From Cyanobacteria bacterium auto_48_18 (GTDB lineage: Bacteria > Cyanobacteriota > Vampirovibrionia > Obscuribacterales > Obscuribacteraceae), in assembly GCA_036170915.1 (NCBI GenBank), contig JAVHQC010000016.1:32001-96000 (forward strand): a stretch of 64,000 nt of DNA, read 5' to 3'. Of this stretch, positions 58,969 through 64,000 are shown one piece after another. The notes beneath the pieces are model-generated. The model saw only the letters and a program-made list of their open reading frames with translations. It ran no database searches and was not told the origin of the DNA. The translations under genes and the position numbers were made by a program. Position 1 is the stretch's first letter. Each line of letters starts with the position of its first letter.

Positions 58969-60048
58969 ATGAAAAATTTGAAAAATTACAGCCGGTACGT
59001 TGCTTTAAGCATTATAGCCCTCGGTGCTGGCCTCTACCTAAACCCGAATACTGCTGCCGCGTCGCCTGGCCTTATAGACGGTCGCGATGTGCGTACAAAC
59101 ATTGATAATTTGACCAGGCAAGTGCTGTGGTTCAGCAATTTGAGAGACGCTCAAGACTCAGCCCGGCAGAAAAACAGGCCTGTGCTCTGGGTGCACATGT
59201 TGGGGCAAATTGAGGGTGCCACGTGAAGTGCCGGCAATAGCCTGAGAGCCGTGTCGCTCTCAACACCTTCAGTAATCAACTACTTAAAAAGCAATTATGT
59301 CTGCGGCACTCGCGATATTACCGGTGAGCCTTATGCCGGTATTTCTGGTCGCCATGAAATTAACGGCAATGCAGTCAACACCACTAATGGTGCGGGTCCT
59401 CACAACATTCAAATGTTTGTGTTGGCAGCTGACGGCACAGTGCTTCATTGCCTGCCAGGTTACTGGGCAAGTCAGGATTTAATCGAAGAATTACAGTTTG
59501 CCCAGCAGCTTAACTCTGTCTGGCAATCGAATACATCTATAGAAAATAAACGTCGTCTTTTCACTTCAATGCAGTTAGCTCACATCAATAAGCATTCACC
59601 AGCTATGGTGGCACGCAGTCAGATGCAAAGCTTTGACCAGAAATACGAAGCGCGCACAAGGCTCGGTACTTCCGATACCATTTTAGATCAGGCTTTAGCG
59701 GCACAATCGCTGGAGATGGGCGGCAAGATGGCTCGCGGAGCTTTCAAAACCACCGATGTGATTATGCATGAACGCATGGCGAAAAGGCCATTTTTGCCCT
59801 ATCAACAATTTGATGTCATGGCTTTTTCCGATTATGGTAAGCCCAAGTACGACAAACATGAAGACTACCGCGACGCCCGGGGCATGGTAGACAAACAAGC
59901 GGCTCGCAACGCCCCTGAGCTGGGTGCAAAAGCGGTGGCAACTAGTTCAGCATCAGGCGGCAAGATCAGACCGGCAATGTATATGGCCAGGCATGGCATC
60001 AGAACATACGGACAGGCCGGTCGCAACTTACGCAATTCGGGCTATTAA
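58969..60048 (+). CDS. Putative exported thioredoxin-fold selenoprotein (SelN-like); in-frame TGA at 59224-59226 read as Sec
   Basis: ORFs 58945-59226 and 59251-60048 are in the same frame with only TGA plus 8 sense codons between them. The joined sequence is W..L..A...[49 protein letters not shown] hairpin follows the TGA and tRNA-Sec is present in the window. Confidence 0.8.
59224..59271 (+). promoter_or_regulatory. Candidate bacterial SECIS element
   Basis: 7-bp stem TGAGAGC(59243-49)/GCTCTCA(59256-62) with loop CGTGTC, starting 16 nt after the TGA. A lower pairing TGAAG/CTTCA is also possible. Confidence 0.6.
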
Positions 60049-60062
60049 GCTTTAGGTCTAAT

Positions 60063-63017
60063 TTAAGCTTTAGAGCGGCGGCAGAACAACAGGCGTCCTT
60101 TTTCCGGATCATCTAACTGCGAGCGCAGCCAGCTGTGTCTTTGCTGGTGGCAGCTGAATAGAATAATTTGATGTTCTTTGGCAATGACGTTAATGAGAAA
60201 ACGCATCATTTTTAAGAAGCGATCATCGTCCGCCTCAGAAAAAGGCTCGTCCATAATAATCGGCAGCGAATTTTTCTGAGAAAGATAACGAGCCACGATC
60301 ATGCGAGCCAGCCAGTGCAGCTGCTCTTTTGTGCCCATAGAAAGCTGGCTCATAATCTGCGCCGAAGAAATTTCTTCAGTTTGATTCTTGCGTTTTGCCA
60401 CCAGACGCAGTTGGTCATCAAAGCGCACTTCTTCGTAATCAAGCCCTAATTTGCTCAGCATTTCTTTGCCAATATTGTTGAGATTGGTAGACCAGTCAAC
60501 ATAATTCTCGCCGCTCAAGCGCTTAAGTGTGTCTCTAGCCATCTCTAAAGCAATTTTGGCGCGCTTCGCCCCCTGCAAACGAAATTCTGTTAAATCTAGT
60601 TCTTCCAGACAGGAGAGATACTGCTCATCGCAGGTGGCTGAGAGCGTGCGCACGCGCATTAAAAGCTCTTCGCGCTCTTCCTTAAGACCTTCAACTTTTT
60701 TGATGTCTTGTGGTGCTTCTTCCCCTTCAGCTTCTTTTTCTTCTTCGCTCAGAGGCGGCATAGATTCGATGCCTGGATATTGCGAACGCAGAGCATCAAG
60801 CTGTTGAATGACGCGTGATTGGTAATCTTCAAGGCTTTTAATCAGTGGTGGCAGTTCGGTAATTGGCGAGCCGCTTTCATGTTCAAGACGATTGAGTTCG
60901 TTTGACAAATTCATCCAGTCAGAATAGGCATTCAATCTCTTGCTGACTTGCTCTAAACCTTTGGCTAGCTCGCCGGGTGAGCTAATATCTAAATTGATGC
61001 CGACTTTGCCCAGCAGGTTAACGAGGGCTTGTTCTGTGTCCTCAATTTCTTCTTGCAGCTGCGAAAGTTTTCTGGTGGAAGTACCAGCGTCTTGAAACTC
61101 TTGTTCCAAAGTCTTGGCCTCTTCCATATAACCTGAAAGACCCTGGCTCAGTTGCTTAGCTGTGGCGGCACTGAGCTCTGCGTCTAATTTACCGGAGCGT
61201 GCCACAAAGACTGAAAGATCGGCCTTATAACGATTGAGAGTGGCCATGCGCTGTTCATACATCTGGTCGAGCAGATCCAGCTCTTTCAATTTTGCTGCCT
61301 GCACTGCATATTGATCAAGACGTGACAAAAGATCGGTTCGTGAAGTAAGGCCAACTTTGCGAGCCAGGGTGTCGAGCTTTAATTCTAAAGCGGCCACTTT
61401 AGTGTGATTAGTCTCGGCATCGGCTGTGATTGCCGCTGTTTCTTTTTCGATGGCAACAAAATCGGCGGCGAACAATCTTTCTGGTTTAAATACGGGAATA
61501 GCCAGGAAGGCCGAACCGATCAGACCGAAAATTCCGAGGATAGACAAAACGGGCGTAATAAATGCCGCTTGCTTGACGGTCACCCACAAAATAAAGGCAG
61601 CCACCAGAACAATTATTGAAATCATACCGAGGAGCATAAAGAGCTTGCGCCGCTTATTAAGCTCTTCTTTGCGCTTGTTTTCAAATTCAGTGTGTTTAGC
61701 GCGTGATTGATGTAATTTTTTTTCTGCTTCTAAAATTTGATCTTGAAAAACTACTATCAATGAATTGTATGAGCGGGCGTTTTCGATTCCTTCCGCTTCC
61801 AGAGATTGCATCGATTGGCGCACAGCTACCAGATCTTGCTCACTTCCGGCATCGGTAAGCTTTTCCAATTCGACTTTGCGTTTTGCAGTCAGGCCTTCCA
61901 GTTCGTTTTCAGCATTTGTCATGCTGCCTGCCAGTGAAGCTACTTGCTGTACTTCATCAATGGTGAAAGTATCAAGACCCTTTGAGCGGCTCAACAAGTC
62001 TGCTTTCTTTTCTTCATACAACATTTGTTGTGGTGAAAGGTCACGCTTGATGCGTTCGATTTCTTCGGCTTTATTGTTGCGGCGCTCCCACAATTCTTCA
62101 ATTGGTCGCTTCAGTTCTGCCGGGAAATCTTCAACACCATCTAAGCCCCCAAGGCGCTCGCTCACTTCTTTGTGACGGGCCGAAATATCGCGCAATTTAG
62201 ACAGGCGGCTTTCAGCGTCGTTGAGCTGGAATTTTAGATTCTGATATTCAGTAGCTTTAAAGCGACTATTATCACCTGAGAGCACGCGGTTAATAATCAT
62301 CAAACGATCGAATGAAGCTGCCACGTCCTGGCGATCTCTTTCGTAAGCTCGAATTTTGTTTAGTAAATCTTGCCGCACAAGCTCAAGGTCGCGCACAAGA
62401 TTGTCGACTTTTATTTTGCGATCGTTAATTGGCACATGCTCTAAAGTGTCGTTTAAGACACGCACTGCTTGAGTGGATGTGCCCGAAGGGCTGGCCGAGT
62501 CAGCTATGCTTTGCACCAGTGTAGCCAGGTCAGCAGCACCGCCGAAGGCGTGCTCGTCTAGTTCGCGCTGGCCCACAAAACAGGTGCTGCGAAAGAGCTC
62601 GCGGCTCATGCCGGTTAGTTTAAGGCCAATTTCGTCTTCACCATTGGGCCCTTTAAACTGAGACGTCACTTCTTGATTGTTGCGATCGCGATCAAAAACC
62701 TGAAAAGTCTTGGCGCTGAAATCGCGCTGAATTGTCAATCGCCGATCTTGCGAGTTGACGTCCATGCGAGCTGAATAGACACCACCTTTTTTCGGCCGTC
62801 TGGCTTCACGCTCGCTCAAATGCGTTGCATCACCTGCAGCCAGAGTCGCAATTTCTTCGCTGCCAAAATCGAAAATTACTGACCAGATGGCTGTCGCCAT
62901 GGTGCTTTTGCCATATTCGTTGGGCTCAACCATGAGGTTGAGTTTATCTTGAGCAAACAGAACGCTCTCACCCTGTATGCCGCCGTACCCGGTTAACTCA
63001 ACGCGTTCAACCCACAT
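60063..63017 (-). CDS. Rad50/SbcC-like (YhaN-like) SMC-type ATPase with internal TM hairpin
   Basis: PNEYGKST Walker A, FVGQ Q-loop, long coiled coil, LSMG signature, IMDEPF Walker B and SCH. Confidence 0.85.
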   Translation of the reverse strand: MWVERVELTGYGGIQGESVLFAQDKLNLMVEPNEYGKSTMATAIWSVIFDFGSEEIATLAAGDATHLSEREARRPKKGGVYSARMDVNSQDRRLTIQRDFSAKTFQVFDRDRNNQEVTSQFKGPNGEDEIGLKLTGMSRELFRSTCFVGQRELDEHAFGGAADLATLVQSIADSASPSGTSTQAVRVLNDTLEHVPINDRKIKVDNLVRDLELVRQDLLNKIRAYERDRQDVAASFDRLMIINRVLSGDNSRFKATEYQNLKFQLNDAESRLSKLRDISARHKEVSERLGGLDGVEDFPAELKRPIEELWERRNNKAEEIERIKRDLSPQQMLYEEKKADLLSRSKGLDTFTIDEVQQVASLAGSMTNAENELEGLTAKRKVELEKLTDAGSEQDLVAVRQSMQSLEAEGIENARSYNSLIVVFQDQILEAEKKLHQSRAKHTEFENKRKEELNKRRKLFMLLGMISIIVLVAAFILWVTVKQAAFITPVLSILGIFGLIGSAFLAIPVFKPERLFAADFVAIEKETAAITADAETNHTKVAALELKLDTLARKVGLTSRTDLLSRLDQYAVQAAKLKELDLLDQMYEQRMATLNRYKADLSVFVARSGKLDAELSAATAKQLSQGLSGYMEEAKTLEQEFQDAGTSTRKLSQLQEEIEDTEQALVNLLGKVGINLDISSPGELAKGLEQVSKRLNAYSDWMNLSNELNRLEHESGSPITELPPLIKSLEDYQSRVIQQLDALRSQYPGIESMPPLSEEEKEAEGEEAPQDIKKVEGLKEEREELLMRVRTLSATCDEQYLSCLEELDLTEFRLQGAKRAKIALEMARDTLKRLSGENYVDWSTNLNNIGKEMLSKLGLDYEEVRFDDQLRLVAKRKNQTEEISSAQIMSQLSMGTKEQLHWLARMIVARYLSQKNSLPIIMDEPFSEADDDRFLKMMRFLINVIAKEHQIILFSCHQQRHSWLRSQLDDPEKGRLLFCRRSKA

Positions 63018-64000
63018 TTCTGACAGTTACCTTTTTAGTTCGCAATGCATCAAGACCATAATAAAGTGCGTCTTCCACTGTTTTTCCCGAAACGTCCGAT
63101 CCCGGTATGCCAGTGAGGCTGTCGCCGCCAAGCTCCTGATTTTTAGAGCGTTCGGCTCTCGTTTTCATCTCCAACATCGCTTCCACATATTTCCATTCGG
63201 TGGTGCGCTGATCAAATCTTTCGGCCAGATAATTTGGCCTGGTGTTGTCCATCACACGCAAACAATAAAAATCTTGGGCTAAGCTGTCGGCAATTTCTTT
63301 GGGGGTGGCACCAGGCTTGTGGCGACCTTCAAGGGAAAGGGCAACAATGTCGGTGTCGCTACGCACACCAGATTCTTCCAGATTTACCAAAATTTCGTCA
63401 CGCATTTCATCATCACCAAGACCTGATACATCGACAGTGACAAACATCATGCGGCGCAAATCAAGTTCTTGCGGAATCAAATTGACGGTAGATTTACCGT
63501 TGCTGTCGACTTCTACCTCACCAAGAATGGCATAGCGTGGGCCCAGTTCGTCAAAGGTACCTCCAGCCAAACAACCGGCATAGGCGCCCAGTAACCGTTC
63601 GCCACCAGCGTCCCCGGTGGTTATCTGGTAGGCCTCTTTAATATTGCCCACAGCAGCATAAGTAAGATTTTGATTGGCCAGTTCTTCTTCTGAAAATGGA
63701 TAAATCAGGGGTTTCTGCACCTGCAAGCGACTGGCGTCGGCGATTACCGACGGATGCGATTCGAGAGTACCAGCAAAAACGCCGATATTAATTGCTGCTT
63801 TGGCCAGCTTGGGCAATTTGCCAGACAAAATGCGTTCAGTGCGGCGGGATGCTTTGGAAAATGCTCGACCGACAAAGGCCACGTCACCACGAGTAGGGTG
63901 AGCTACAGAGGTGAAATGTTCGCTGGTGAAAATATGCACATTGGCCGGCCAGTGCCGGTAGCCTCGAGCGGAGAGCATATCATTGGTATAAAGGCAGCTT
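63007..64000 (-). CDS. Mre11/SbcD-like (YhaO-like) metallophosphoesterase, 5' end outside window
   Basis: WP.NVHIF, YAAVG.I and AY.G...G..FDE.G.R motifs; translationally adjacent to the SMC-like ATPase. Confidence 0.7.
   Translation of the reverse strand, partial: SCLYTNDMLSARGYRHWPANVHIFTSEHFTSVAHPTRGDVAFVGRAFSKASRRTERILSGKLPKLAKAAINIGVFAGTLESHPSVIADASRLQVQKPLIYPFSEEELANQNLTYAAVGNIKEAYQITTGDAGGERLLGAYAGCLAGGTFDELGPRYAILGEVEVDSNGKSTVNLIPQELDLRRMMFVTVDVSGLGDDEMRDEILVNLEESGVRSDTDIVALSLEGRHKPGATPKEIADSLAQDFYCLRVMDNTRPNYLAERFDQRTTEWKYVEAMLEMKTRAERSKNQELGGDSLTGIPGSDVSGKTVEDALYYGLDALRTKKVTVRNVG

Overview
Gene-dense bacterial chromosomal window. The rpoB-rpoC1-rpoC2 cluster has a split beta' subunit and a very large trigger-loop insertion, which points to the Cyanobacteriota lineage. 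The many TPR, CHAT, Ser/Thr-kinase-LRR and secreted hypothetical genes suggest a non-photosynthetic Vampirovibrionia/Melainabacteria member (Obscuribacterales-like; inference). Other contents: tRNA-Pro(TGG), a XerC-like recombinase, a class A PBP, CstA, NupC, a two-component system with an OMF/RND/MFP efflux operon, and an Mre11/Rad50-like (YhaO/YhaN-like) pair. The main hidden signal is a selenocysteine system. A tRNA-Sec (anticodon TCA) lies at 38006-38101 (-). Two ORFs listed separately in the track (58945-59226 and 59251-60048) are in frame and appear to form one exported thioredoxin-fold protein. Its in-frame TGA falls at the catalytic position, it is followed by a SECIS-like hairpin, and the surrounding sequence resembles animal selenoprotein N. 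This gene is divergent from an exported rhodanese. CstA also ends in the RCC motif typical of the YbdD/YjiX putative-selenoprotein family. A kinase-LRR gene is frameshifted. No CRISPR array, IS element or prophage was seen.
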